From positions 1 to 59,613 of the IMG/VR virus record IMGVR_UViG_3300031578_000031: DNA of 59,613 nucleotides. One strand, written 5' to 3'. The position numbers were made by a program, and so were the translations under genes. The notes below the pieces were generated by a model, which worked only from the letters and a program-made list of their open reading frames with translations, searched no databases and was not told the origin of the DNA. This DNA comes from a virus. Its lineage: Duplodnaviria > Caudoviricetes. Positions 8,461 through 18,850 of the stretch are shown one piece after another (position 1 is the stretch's first letter; every line of letters begins with the position of its first letter).

Positions 8461-9075
8461 ATGAAAGTAAAGTATAATCCATTTTCCGCAGCAAAAATCT
8501 TGATGGCCCTACTCGTAGCTGTGCTAATTAGTCAAAATGTCTCAAAGTCAGAAGAGGTAGAGTTTGAGCCTGATGAAAATGAAGCCAATCCTGAAGCGGT
8601 TGGAGGTAATGTCTTGGCATTTTTCAAGCAACACCAAGCAGCAGCCAAAAAAGATATATCGCATCTGTACTATCCGAAGAACAGTGTATTCCGGAATAGC
8701 GATGTTCCAATGTTGCTATGGGCTGTAAGTGAAGAAGAAGTTGCAAAGCAATGGAAAATCAAAGAGAGCGAAAAGGTACAGGCCTTTATCGTTTCTCGCT
8801 ATGGCAACTTAAAAAACAAAGCTGCCTATCAGGAATTGCTCAATAGGTTACGTGCCCAACAGATGCAGGAGCAGACAATGAATGCCTTGACATTAAAGGG
8901 AGGGGAGTTGATTGAATCAGGATTATATGCACTGGTACAATCTGAAGTTGGACGTAAATTTATGCTTGATCTATGGGCTGGCGTTGAGGAAAAGGAAACC
9001 GAAGAAGAGACGGAAGCTGAAGAGACGGAAGCAGGAGGCCCTGCCGATTCCAAAAGTTCTATTGACGAAGTGTAA
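8461..9075 (+). CDS. Hypothetical protein with acidic tail
   Basis: 204-aa ORF followed by a terminator. Confidence 0.7.
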   Translation: MKVKYNPFSAAKILMALLVAVLISQNVSKSEEVEFEPDENEANPEAVGGNVLAFFKQHQAAAKKDISHLYYPKNSVFRNSDVPMLLWAVSEEEVAKQWKIKESEKVQAFIVSRYGNLKNKAAYQELLNRLRAQQMQEQTMNALTLKGGELIESGLYALVQSEVGRKFMLDLWAGVEEKETEEETEAEETEAGGPADSKSSIDEV

Positions 9076-9087
9076 TATCAACTTAGA

Positions 9088-9126
9088 AAAGGCTATACTG
9101 AATGTATCGGTGTAGCCTTTATTTTT
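9088..9126 (+). terminator. Intrinsic terminator
   Basis: AAAGGCTATACTGA-atgta-TCGGTGTAGCCTTT followed by ATTTTT. Confidence 0.75.
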
Positions 9127-9132
9127 AAAGAC

Positions 9133-9780
9133 ATGGCAAAGAAAGATTATAGTGAGTTTGAGGATATGAGTCTAAATCCATTCGCTGTTCCGGCAGGATT
9201 GGCGATGGACCATTATAGGATATTCAAAGCGAAGAGCTTTTGGGTAAGGAAGTTTGATAATACTGACTATGAAGATACGTTCTCAAATGCGGATGTCGAT
9301 GAGATTATTCGATATGCGGTGTTGCTGGTGGACCCTGAAAGTCCTATGTACGATGAACGTAACTTTGAATTGAGGATGGAGCGTTGTCGTAGGATACTCG
9401 ACATTGACCCAAAAAGCCATGTGTGGAAAGAGATTAAGGAAGATGGAGAATTGGTGACGAATATCATTTATGAGTTCTTTAAAAGAATCAATAGCCATGT
9501 CTATGAGACTTGGTTTAGTATGAAGATGAATATCCATGAGCTTAACTCTTACTTGCGTAAGAAATTGAGTACGGATAGAAACGGTAATGTGGCCCAAGAT
9601 GTAAATGCCCGTAGGCAATTATCTCAGGTAATTACTGAATTGACCTTTGAATTGGTTGAAATGGAATATCAACTATTCCCCGATGATAGGTTGTTAAAGA
9701 TGATTAACGAAAGGAGTTCTGATGATGGACTGGGCGGATATGCCGAAGAACACGCTGAGGAACCAAGGTATAATAAGTAG
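9133..9780 (+). CDS. Hypothetical protein, possible terminase small subunit
   Basis: Helical 215-aa ORF immediately upstream of terL. Function is positional inference only. Confidence 0.45.
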   Translation: MAKKDYSEFEDMSLNPFAVPAGLAMDHYRIFKAKSFWVRKFDNTDYEDTFSNADVDEIIRYAVLLVDPESPMYDERNFELRMERCRRILDIDPKSHVWKEIKEDGELVTNIIYEFFKRINSHVYETWFSMKMNIHELNSYLRKKLSTDRNGNVAQDVNARRQLSQVITELTFELVEMEYQLFPDDRLLKMINERSSDDGLGGYAEEHAEEPRYNK

Positions 9781-9816
9781 CATGGACGTAACATTTGAAA
9801 CAAAAGGTAAGGGGAA

Positions 9817-12027
9817 ATGGCTGCAGGTATAAAATCTGACGAATATTTTTACATTAAAGAATTTGACTCTGATCCGGAGATGATAGAAATTGAAGGATTT
9901 GAGTTAGCTATTCCTTTGCCTAAAAAGCCAAGTAAGAAACATTTTAAGAATTACGGCAAGCAGATAAAAGACCAAAAATTTAAGAAAGAATTTATTCCAC
10001 CTGATTTGCGGTACTGGGCAAAGCGAGACTTAGATGCGTTTGTGTCTTTGATGTGGCATAAGCGAAAGAATGGGGAGTGGTGGCTTATTGGAGGGAAGGA
10101 AGTTTATGTTCCGGGCAAAGCCTGGATGTTCTTAAATTTTTGGTACACACAAAAAGGTCCATTGCCCGATTTCCGTATGGAAGTCATTGACTTCTTTACC
10201 GTATGGGATTTTGCGGAGGAAGATCCGAATTGCTATGGCATTGTTGACATCAAGCCTCGGCGTATTGGAGATACGGAGAAGACATTGTTCTTAGTGTGGG
10301 AGCATTGCTCAAGGGTGAAGTATCAGCGTGGCGGTATGCAGAATGTAAAGGACGATGCTGCTGAAAAGAACTTCAAGCGATTGGTAAAGGGGAATAAGAA
10401 GATGATATGGTTCTTTCGTCCTACCATCAAGGGTAGCGATACGCCATCTAAAATATTAGAGTTCACCTATCCGGAACAGAAGGTCACTCGAAAGAAATTA
10501 AAAGAAGCTGCCCGAAAGAATGCAGGTGGCACTAAGGTTGTGGATAATGAGTATAAATTCAACCCTATTGAGAGTTCTATTGACTACGAGGCAAGTATTC
10601 AAGGCCGGTATGACGGGGAGCAATTAGGTATCTACCATTTGGATGAGCCTGGAAAGATTACGGCCTTTGACATTAAGGACCAATGGCCGGTAATTAGACG
10701 GGCACTATCATTGAATAATGACCGTTTGATTGTAGGTAAGGCGATATTCACCACAACAGTAGAGGATTATCAGAAGGGGAGTAAGAGTGGAGAAAGTTTA
10801 TCTACCCTGAAAAACATTGAATACTTTTGGAAAAATTCAGACCCGACTAAAAGGGATGGGAATGGTAGAACGATAACAGGACTATATCGGTATTTCCGAA
10901 ATTGCGTGTTGTCTGATGAAACGGATGAGTTTGGGTTTTATAATAGAGCAAAGACTATTGAATGGGTTATGAATACCCGACAATCGTTAGAGGACATTAG
11001 TGACTGGGACCGGCTATCACAAGTAAAGAGGCAGTACCCAATAACTATTCAAGATGTATTTACAGTCTCAATGGATGATTGTGTACTCATGCCAATCTTA
11101 CTTGACCGTAGAAAAACACAGATTGAAGATGGCTTGACTTGGAATAATAAAGTTGATCCGGATGGCTATATCAAGCCAAAAACAGTTGTTGGGGATTTAA
11201 TATGGGAGGGAGGAGCCTTTGGAGGGCTTGTTGAATTTTACCCAAATCCCAATGGCCGATTTGTTATAAGTCAATTTCCTACGAAACGAAACTTCAAAAT
11301 TATCGTAAGTGATAATATAGTCAAGCCTGGTAATGATGATACTTATACATTTGGAGTTGACCCTTATGACCACATGGTTGAAGGTAAGGCTGGAGAAGAT
11401 GGTAGTCCTATACATTCAAAGGGAGCCGGCATTGTGTATCGAAAATATAGTGAGCTACTTGACGGCCAACTTGAAAAAGATGAGGATGGCCGGATAAAAG
11501 AGAGTGAAGTTCACAAGATGAAGTCAGATACTTTTGTCTTGTCGTATGCCCATCGTCCACAAGATCCGCATGAATTTTATGAGGATATGCTTAAAATTTC
11601 GTTATATTATGGAGTGGCCATGTTCTATGAGAAGGATAAGCCCGGTGTAGGTAACTTCTTTAGAGCGAATAAGCTACCTACTGGGCAGACATTTGGGACC
11701 TTCCTAAAAACAAGGCCCAAGGAAACTAAGACTGCTTATAGTGCAAAGAAAGAGAAAGGGGTAAAGGCTTCAGTGCCAATTATCCAAATGTATGTAGATT
11801 CATTAAAGTGGCACGTTATCCATCGTATTCATAATTATCACCATCTTGACATTTTGGATGATTTTAGAAAGTTTAAAGTCCATAATAGGACTGAATGTGA
11901 TATTACCGTAGCTGCAGGTATGGCACTATTGGCTGCCGGACAAATATCCATACAGCGAGTAGTTGAAAACAAGAAGCAGATGAGTAATAATGTTGCATTC
12001 TTTAGGAAACATAAATTTAACCGATGA
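9817..12027 (+). CDS. terL: Terminase large subunit
   Basis: KPRRIGDT variant Walker A, YHLDEPGK Walker B, FGVDPYD RNase H-like nuclease motif, C-terminal DITVAAGMAL. Confidence 0.92.
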   Translation: MAAGIKSDEYFYIKEFDSDPEMIEIEGFELAIPLPKKPSKKHFKNYGKQIKDQKFKKEFIPPDLRYWAKRDLDAFVSLMWHKRKNGEWWLIGGKEVYVPGKAWMFLNFWYTQKGPLPDFRMEVIDFFTVWDFAEEDPNCYGIVDIKPRRIGDTEKTLFLVWEHCSRVKYQRGGMQNVKDDAAEKNFKRLVKGNKKMIWFFRPTIKGSDTPSKILEFTYPEQKVTRKKLKEAARKNAGGTKVVDNEYKFNPIESSIDYEASIQGRYDGEQLGIYHLDEPGKITAFDIKDQWPVIRRALSLNNDRLIVGKAIFTTTVEDYQKGSKSGESLSTLKNIEYFWKNSDPTKRDGNGRTITGLYRYFRNCVLSDETDEFGFYNRAKTIEWVMNTRQSLEDISDWDRLSQVKRQYPITIQDVFTVSMDDCVLMPILLDRRKTQIEDGLTWNNKVDPDGYIKPKTVVGDLIWEGGAFGGLVEFYPNPNGRFVISQFPTKRNFKIIVSDNIVKPGNDDTYTFGVDPYDHMVEGKAGEDGSPIHSKGAGIVYRKYSELLDGQLEKDEDGRIKESEVHKMKSDTFVLSYAHRPQDPHEFYEDMLKISLYYGVAMFYEKDKPGVGNFFRANKLPTGQTFGTFLKTRPKETKTAYSAKKEKGVKASVPIIQMYVDSLKWHVIHRIHNYHHLDILDDFRKFKVHNRTECDITVAAGMALLAAGQISIQRVVENKKQMSNNVAFFRKHKFNR

Positions 12028-12362
12028 TTTATTTTATACTGGTGTGTAGCTGTATTCTACTCGTAAGTATTGACTCTAAGGTGTATCACCACATGAGTTT
12101 TAGCTATATAATGGCAAAGAGCATGATTGTAGGTTTAATTGCTTTTATGAGCTTAATGAGTGGGGTCTATATTGATTTTGGAGTTGCACTTAGTTTATCA
12201 ATAGGTGCAATGTCTGTCAATTTTTTTGTATGTTTACTTGTACATTTGCATATATTTGTATTATATAAACTTAGAAAGCTTACAATTGCCTCTGTTTGGC
12301 TATCCTTTGGTGCAGGATATTTTATTGTTTTTATTGCTGTCCAATATCTTAATAACCTATGA
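12024..12362 (+). CDS. Small multi-pass membrane protein
   Basis: About four hydrophobic segments, AT-rich, overlaps both terL and portal by 4 nt. Confidence 0.65.
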   Translation: MIYFILVCSCILLVSIDSKVYHHMSFSYIMAKSMIVGLIAFMSLMSGVYIDFGVALSLSIGAMSVNFFVCLLVHLHIFVLYKLRKLTIASVWLSFGAGYFIVFIAVQYLNNL

Positions 12363-14743
12363 GCGAAAGAAAGGATTTATACGTAGGAACCTCCCAGTTT
12401 CAAGATGGGTATAAAAAGGGAAAGTATAGTATGCCTACGGAAAAGGACCCTGAAAAGAAGGATAATCTTTATTATCTTGCATGGGCAAGGTATGTGTGGA
12501 GCCAATACGTATGTGACCGAACAGTTGTAGGATATGGTGGGTATAATGATTCCGGGCGTTCTTTTGAAGAGCTTAGGGCTTATGGGCTTGGCAAGCAAGA
12601 CAAGTCCATATATATGGATTTATTGGATGACTGCGACCCAAACAAAACTGAGGGCTATCTGAATATCAATTGGGATAATGTTCAGATTATGACCAAGTTC
12701 AGGGACTTAGTTAGAGGTAAGATGATCACAATGGACTTCGATGTGGTTACTTCTGCAATAGATGAAACATCTATTAAGGAACGGATGACAGAAGTAAACC
12801 TAATGAAGCTTCTGACTAATCCGGTAATACAACAAGTAATTCAGGAAACAGGAGTCGCACCTTCTTATGCGAAGCTTCCTCCGGGCCTTGAAACGGCAGA
12901 AGATGTTGATATGTATGTCAAGCTTGGTGGGATTCGATTAAGCCAGGAGTTGATGATAGGGGATGCGATTGAGTCCACCAATTATGAGTCAAGGTGGGAT
13001 ACCCTTAGAGGGCATATTTCTGAAGACATTATTGATTTTAATATCGCAGCAACTATCACCTATCTTGAAAAAGCTACCGGTATTGTAAAGGTTGATCATA
13101 TTGACCCAAAAGAATTGATTGTTCGTCCAAGCAAATATCAGGATCATAGAGATATAGACTTTGCAGGATTTGTAAAGAGAAAAACTATTCAACAAATACG
13201 CATAGAGAGTGACCTTTCTGAGGAAGCTTTATATGCCATTGCTAAAATGTACAAAGGTAAATTTGGCAATGGTACAGATGTAGGCCTTATGAATGATAGC
13301 CTTGACTATCAGAACACTACAAATAGTGGTATCAACAACGGGATAGGGGATGTGAAGTATAATAACTTTGCTGCTGATATAATGGAGTTTTACTTTATTG
13401 CTAAGGAAGCAGAAGCTTATGTAATTGGGTATCATAAAGATGGCAACAAAATATTTGACCAAGTTGACTTACAAGCAGAGTTAGATAAGCGAGACGAGAA
13501 ACGAGGAAAAACGATTGATGAGAAGGAGATTGAGTATGTGTATAAGTGCAAATGGATTGTAGGCACTGAGTATGTCTATGATTGTGGAAAAGAGTACGCA
13601 GTAGTACGCCAAGGGTATAATGGAGTAAGAAGAGCTTTGTTGCCCATCACTATCTATTCGGATAGATCATCATCTTTGGTGGAGCGATGTATTCCTTTCA
13701 TTGACGATTTACAGTTGGCTGTATTGAAAAAGCGGAATGTTCTTGCAAAGATGCCTCCGGGTCCCCGTATGGCTATTGATAAGTCTTTGTTGATGGATAC
13801 TGTTCAAATTGGCAATAGAGACTATACCCTACTTGACTTGATAGAGATTTTCCCTAAAACAGGGGTACTCGTCTATGAGTCAGTAGGCGAATGGGAAGAT
13901 ACAGAACAGGCCGGTAGTAATCGACCACCGATTACATTTATGGAGTCAGGAGTAAGTGAGGATATAAATATCCTATTACAAGATGTTGCATTCAATATTG
14001 ACCAAATGCGTCAAGTTACTGGTATCAACGAAGTTGCGGATGGTTCTTCGCAACAACAAGATATGTTGGTTCAGGTGATGGAAGGGTTAGCTTCTGCCAC
14101 AAATAATTCCTTGCGTCCAGGGTTTCAATTATACTATGGGCTATATCAAAATCAATGTAGATATGTAGCTCAGAAATGGCAGGTAGCTGTTTTGTCCGGA
14201 GAAATAAAAACAGGATACGTACCTATTGGCGAAAACATCTTAAAGCCGGTACTACTAAGTAAAGACTTATATGACTATGATTTTGGTATTAAAATTGAGC
14301 TAAAACCTACACAGGAGAATAAGCAAGTGTTGTTGCAAGATTTGATGCAAGCTAAAGCCATGAATCAAATATCTACTGCTGATTATTTTGTAGTTTACAA
14401 CATGATCCAATCCGGCGACTTCAAGAAGGCTCAATTGTATTTGGCTAAAGCTGCCGAACGTTGGCAGAAGCAAATGCAAGCTATGGAGATTGAAAAGATG
14501 AACGCCCAAGCACAAGGTAATGCGGAAGCAGCACAAGTAGCAGCACAAGCTCAAGCGCAAAATATGCAATTAGAAGCTCAACTCAAAGCGCAAAATATGC
14601 AACTGGAAGCTCAACTTAAAGCCCAAGAAAACGAGCAGAAGCATCTTCATCGTATAAAAGAACTTGCCCTACAAGGTAGAACAAAAATGGAAGGAGAGAT
14701 GGCTTTATCCGCTATGGAGCAAGGGTTTAATAGTCCTGCGTAG
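12359..14743 (+). CDS. Portal protein
   Basis: 794 aa after terL. YLNINW..VQIMTKF, SSLVERCIPFIDDLQL, QVTGINEVADGS, and a Q-rich C-terminal coiled coil, as in crAss-like portals. Confidence 0.9.
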   Translation: MSERKDLYVGTSQFQDGYKKGKYSMPTEKDPEKKDNLYYLAWARYVWSQYVCDRTVVGYGGYNDSGRSFEELRAYGLGKQDKSIYMDLLDDCDPNKTEGYLNINWDNVQIMTKFRDLVRGKMITMDFDVVTSAIDETSIKERMTEVNLMKLLTNPVIQQVIQETGVAPSYAKLPPGLETAEDVDMYVKLGGIRLSQELMIGDAIESTNYESRWDTLRGHISEDIIDFNIAATITYLEKATGIVKVDHIDPKELIVRPSKYQDHRDIDFAGFVKRKTIQQIRIESDLSEEALYAIAKMYKGKFGNGTDVGLMNDSLDYQNTTNSGINNGIGDVKYNNFAADIMEFYFIAKEAEAYVIGYHKDGNKIFDQVDLQAELDKRDEKRGKTIDEKEIEYVYKCKWIVGTEYVYDCGKEYAVVRQGYNGVRRALLPITIYSDRSSSLVERCIPFIDDLQLAVLKKRNVLAKMPPGPRMAIDKSLLMDTVQIGNRDYTLLDLIEIFPKTGVLVYESVGEWEDTEQAGSNRPPITFMESGVSEDINILLQDVAFNIDQMRQVTGINEVADGSSQQQDMLVQVMEGLASATNNSLRPGFQLYYGLYQNQCRYVAQKWQVAVLSGEIKTGYVPIGENILKPVLLSKDLYDYDFGIKIELKPTQENKQVLLQDLMQAKAMNQISTADYFVVYNMIQSGDFKKAQLYLAKAAERWQKQMQAMEIEKMNAQAQGNAEAAQVAAQAQAQNMQLEAQLKAQNMQLEAQLKAQENEQKHLHRIKELALQGRTKMEGEMALSAMEQGFNSPA
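14555..14620 (+). repeat. 33-bp tandem duplication in the portal C-terminal coiled coil
   Basis: GCGCAAAATATGCAA(T/C)T(A/G)GAAGCTCAACT(C/T)AAA twice, encoding AQNMQLEAQLK twice. Confidence 0.9.
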
Positions 14744-14785
14744 TTTTTTTAATGCAATTGTTTATATTTTATAGATATTTTTTTA

Positions 14786-14793
14786 TATTTTTG
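14786..14793 (+). promoter_or_regulatory. Possible Bacteroidota -7 box
   Basis: TATTTTTG upstream of the scaffold gene. No well-spaced -33 box, and the context is AT-rich. Confidence 0.3.
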
Positions 14794-14813
14794 AGTTAAA
14801 TACAAAACGAATT

Positions 14814-15884
14814 ATGGAAGGTAATGCAGAAATGGGTGGTCAAGAAGTTCAACTGTCTGAGGAGTTTGCAGCACTACAACAGGAATTATTAGGGGGGCAA
14901 CAAAGTTTGGAGCAACCTCAATTACCTGAGAAAATTGGCGAACTTGGACGGGAAGATTTTGAAAAATTGCTGGAGGAGGCCTCTGGTGGAACCATCAAAA
15001 ATTTTAATGATTTTAAAGAAGTTACGAACTATCGTTCTGAACGCACTGAATTACAGAATAAGTTAAAAGAGTACGAACAAATTTCTAAGCTAAACGAGGG
15101 AGGCCCGAAGTTCGCAAATGAATTGGTTCAGAAATTGAATGACTTTTACTCAAACGGTGTGCCTGAAGAACAAATTTACGAGTTCCTACGAGTTCAGAAG
15201 ATGAATGTAGAGGAACTTGCTGATATGGACGTTCTTCGCATGAAGTACAACAAAGAGTATCCTGGATTAACGGATGACGATTTTGAAAAGCTCATAGATG
15301 CTGAGTTCGGCGATTTGGAAGGAATCGGTGGATTGAAGATGAAAAAAGCTGCAATGGTGGGTCGTAAGGAGTTGGCTGAATTGAAAGTTAGCCTATCCGA
15401 ACCGGAACATCTCAGAATGCAGAAAACAGTCCAAGAACAACAAGAAAATCGTTTCAAAAACTGGCATACCCTTTTGAATGCTACCCAAGGAAACAAGGAA
15501 CAAACTCAATTCAAAGTCCCAGTAGGGGATGATGTACATGAGATTAACTTTGCGGTTCCAAAGGAATACCGAGATTTGTTATCTCGTGAAATGGCAAAGT
15601 ATGCAACGATGCACAATATCCCTGCAACAAAAGAAGGGATAGCTGCACTCGATGACTTTGCACAGCGCAGCATCATGTGGAAGTATGGCACTGAAATTAT
15701 GGCCACACTTTTCCGAGATGTACAAGCAACCACGAAGGACCAAATTCTTGGCAAAGTTCACAATATTGAGATTACCCCAACAGGAACAGGTGGCAATAAA
15801 GCCCCTATCCCGTCAAAGAAAACCCCAATGCAAGAAGCTATTTCTAAGATAGCAAAAGAAGGCATGAATGGGGCATGGAAGTAA
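14814..15884 (+). CDS. Putative capsid scaffolding protein
   Basis: Acidic helical protein located between portal and capsid genes. Confidence 0.65.
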   Translation: MEGNAEMGGQEVQLSEEFAALQQELLGGQQSLEQPQLPEKIGELGREDFEKLLEEASGGTIKNFNDFKEVTNYRSERTELQNKLKEYEQISKLNEGGPKFANELVQKLNDFYSNGVPEEQIYEFLRVQKMNVEELADMDVLRMKYNKEYPGLTDDDFEKLIDAEFGDLEGIGGLKMKKAAMVGRKELAELKVSLSEPEHLRMQKTVQEQQENRFKNWHTLLNATQGNKEQTQFKVPVGDDVHEINFAVPKEYRDLLSREMAKYATMHNIPATKEGIAALDDFAQRSIMWKYGTEIMATLFRDVQATTKDQILGKVHNIEITPTGTGGNKAPIPSKKTPMQEAISKIAKEGMNGAWK

Positions 15885-15934
15885 GTGTATAGGTAGGGTG
15901 AAAAACAATTTCGTAAAAATTAAATTTCATCTAT

Positions 15935-17440
15935 ATGTCTTATAGTCCATTTGTAACACCGGGAGGTCAAGATTTATCTCCAAACGCTTTTAGCGATGTA
16001 GGTGGTGGCGTTCAGTCACAAGGCGTAATCAGCCAATACCAAGCATATAAGCCGAATGAGCTTGTGCAAGTGTTCGAGCGTCACAACTACGCTCCGAGCT
16101 TCCGATTGATGCTCAAAACGATGGGATTCCGTAGAGGCTCCTATGCGCCCACTATTGGTCACTACGAGTACCCTTGGCGTAAAAACCTTGTTACCGTAGG
16201 TGCTATCATTACACCTTCCGGCGGACCGGGAACAGATGTAGTAATCGAATTGGATGCTGCCGATATGTATAATGCCGGTGTGAATGTCAATGGAGTTGCT
16301 GCTCAAGCATCTTATCCGATCAAAAATGAAATTCTTATCTTCCAAGATGGTAACGCAGGTTTCATCAAAGACAAGAACACAAGTGTAACTCCTCACCAAC
16401 TTACAATTTCTCCGGTAACGGCAGCTATTGACTTGGTGGCTTCTATCGTTGTAGGTCAATCGTACTTCGTTGCGACTAATGCACATGGAGAAGGTTCAGG
16501 CTTGCCAAAAGGCCGTTTGCCTCGTGTAATCAAATATTCCAACACATTCCAAATCGTAAAAACTGCTGCTTATTCAACGGGTAGTGAGTTGACGAATCAG
16601 ATGTACTTCGAGCCACTTCCGGGCCAACCAGGTTCTTTCTTTGCGAAAGTATCAATGGATGCCATGTATCGCTTTGAGGAGAATTGTGATGGTGCTTTGA
16701 TTTGGGGTAAACAAATTTCCAACGTTGTAGAATTTAATGCTGACCTTGGATTTGATGTACCGGTAACAGGTACAGAAGGTTTGATTGACTTCGCAACGGT
16801 AAATGGAAACAATGATACCTATGTTGTAGGTAACTTCCAATTGGCAGACTTTGATGATATATCTAAATACTATGAGCGTGAACGAATTGGTACTCGTGAC
16901 ATCATGGCATTGCAAGGTATTGACATCAATATTGAGGTTGAGAATACCCTTATTGATATTCTCGATGGTGACTTGGCTGCTATGTTGACCAAAAACTACC
17001 TTTGGGGTGACGGTGTATTCAGTGATGAGTTCCAACCTCAAAACGATGCTGGTACATTTGCCGTAGAGTTCAACTACCGTGCTGTCCGTAAATCCAACTA
17101 CCGTTATTTCTTTAACTTGCTACACATCTTCAATGAAAATGTTGGAGCAGGTGCGAATGGCTACGACTATGCTAACTGGCAGGTGTTGATGCCTATCGGT
17201 TATGCAACGGAGAAACGCTCAGGTACAAGCACACCTACAATTGGTTATGAGTACAAAACACTTGGCAAATATAGCCGTGAAGAGGTTATTGCAAGCTTTA
17301 GTGGTGTTGGTGTTGCCGGTAGCGGTACTCCGTACTCGGTAGCAGTAAATGACAAGGACATTCACAATATGGGTATGGTGACTGAGATCGCCTTTCATGG
17401 TACTTGTGCCAACCATATTACGTTGTCTCGCCCTGCATAA
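15935..17440 (+). CDS. Major capsid protein (crAss-like, HK97 fold inferred)
   Basis: 501 aa. GEGSGLP...NTFQIVK...TGSELTN and GTEGLIDF motifs. Position after the scaffold. Codon usage typical of high expression. Followed by a terminator. Confidence 0.88.
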   Translation: MSYSPFVTPGGQDLSPNAFSDVGGGVQSQGVISQYQAYKPNELVQVFERHNYAPSFRLMLKTMGFRRGSYAPTIGHYEYPWRKNLVTVGAIITPSGGPGTDVVIELDAADMYNAGVNVNGVAAQASYPIKNEILIFQDGNAGFIKDKNTSVTPHQLTISPVTAAIDLVASIVVGQSYFVATNAHGEGSGLPKGRLPRVIKYSNTFQIVKTAAYSTGSELTNQMYFEPLPGQPGSFFAKVSMDAMYRFEENCDGALIWGKQISNVVEFNADLGFDVPVTGTEGLIDFATVNGNNDTYVVGNFQLADFDDISKYYERERIGTRDIMALQGIDINIEVENTLIDILDGDLAAMLTKNYLWGDGVFSDEFQPQNDAGTFAVEFNYRAVRKSNYRYFFNLLHIFNENVGAGANGYDYANWQVLMPIGYATEKRSGTSTPTIGYEYKTLGKYSREEVIASFSGVGVAGSGTPYSVAVNDKDIHNMGMVTEIAFHGTCANHITLSRPA

Positions 17441-17464
17441 TTGAAATAGTCCATGTACTATATA

Positions 17465-17510
17465 TAGTCCCACTTCTGCCGTTGTCCAACTAAGGAAGTG
17501 GGCTAATTTT
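17465..17510 (+). terminator. Terminator after the capsid gene
   Basis: TAGTCCCACTTC...GAAGTGGGCTA followed by ATTTT. Confidence 0.65.
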
Positions 17511-17544
17511 AGTTTAGTTTTTATCATACAAAACAATTGTTCAA

Positions 17545-18834
17545 ATGGGTTTAATTATTAACGGAAATATCAATGGGAAATCATATTCCGACCAAATGGT
17601 ATCGGCAGATGAAGTCCTTGAAATATTCAAACTAAAAGAGGAATTTGCTCGCTTAGGTAAAGTTTTAAGATTTGACTTAGATGAGTCGAAGCTTAAAAAA
17701 GCAGGAGGGGAAATTCTGCATCCACAACAAGAAGCTATTATGTGTACTACCAATGGTACGATAAATGGTGATAATTTTGAGTTGATTTATTTTAAAACTC
17801 GTACTCGTATAAGTTCGCCTTCAAAAGGAACAGGAGTAGAGTATAACTTAAATCCTCGAAAGATTCTGATTGTAGGGATGTCTCACATGGTAAATTTGAT
17901 GGATAATAAAGAGATGGGTGTCTTTATGTATCTACATCAATCTTGTGTAGAATCTCCGGTACGCCATATTGGTAGCCGAGTTATCTATACGGTCCATGAC
18001 AGTGAAAGAAAGTCCAAAGAGGCTTTCAAGAAGAATCGTCTTATCATGGATGTTTATGAGGAATTGATGAAAGGGAATATTATGGACCTACGCCTTAAAG
18101 CTCAAGGCTTACGCTTAGGTAATATGACCAAAAAAGAGGATGATATTGTTCGGATGGAATTAGTTGCTCATTTCGAGAAAATGAAGCAACAGGGCAAAAT
18201 GAACAAATTTATTGAAGAGTTCAATGCACCTTATTCTATGTTCACCGGATTGGTGATGGAAGCTATCAACCGAGCTATCTTGCAACAGAAGCAAGGTAAG
18301 GGGAGGTTTGAGTACGTTTGGGGGCCTGGAACAGACATGGAAGGCAATGTTGCTTGTGTAGTTCCTGCCGGAGAACAGCCCGTAGAAGCTCTTATCAAAT
18401 ACGCACACGGTAATTATGAGTATTTCTTGTCGAAAATTGACGGGGAGATTCAAAAAGACAAAAAGCGTGAAAAACTTGGCAGCTATTTGGAGCGCATCAA
18501 AAATCGAATGAACGAGCCTAACGAAATCACCGATGAGGAGATTGTGGAAATTGAAGCACTATCTGCTTACGAAATGGGTATTCCTGAGCTGATCGTATCT
18601 GCAGTTGAGCATGATTGCATTGAATATAATCGCAAGACTAAAGAGGTTTACCTTGTAGCAAAGGGAGAGTTGGAAGAGGATGCTTGCTTTATTCCGAAAG
18701 AAGGAGAGGATTGGAAAGAAGCTTTTACTGACTTTTTGAATGATGATAAAAATAGTGACTTGCTGAAGACTATTCGACAAAAGCTAAATGGGCATTTGTC
18801 TTTGTCCAAGAAAAAAGCAAAAAGTAAGAAGTAA
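17545..18834 (+). CDS. Conserved-position virion/assembly protein
   Basis: 429 aa directly after the capsid gene, with a basic C-terminus. Function unknown. Confidence 0.55.
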   Translation: MGLIINGNINGKSYSDQMVSADEVLEIFKLKEEFARLGKVLRFDLDESKLKKAGGEILHPQQEAIMCTTNGTINGDNFELIYFKTRTRISSPSKGTGVEYNLNPRKILIVGMSHMVNLMDNKEMGVFMYLHQSCVESPVRHIGSRVIYTVHDSERKSKEAFKKNRLIMDVYEELMKGNIMDLRLKAQGLRLGNMTKKEDDIVRMELVAHFEKMKQQGKMNKFIEEFNAPYSMFTGLVMEAINRAILQQKQGKGRFEYVWGPGTDMEGNVACVVPAGEQPVEALIKYAHGNYEYFLSKIDGEIQKDKKREKLGSYLERIKNRMNEPNEITDEEIVEIEALSAYEMGIPELIVSAVEHDCIEYNRKTKEVYLVAKGELEEDACFIPKEGEDWKEAFTDFLNDDKNSDLLKTIRQKLNGHLSLSKKKAKSKK

Positions 18835-18850
18835 CTAAAACGAAATACTA

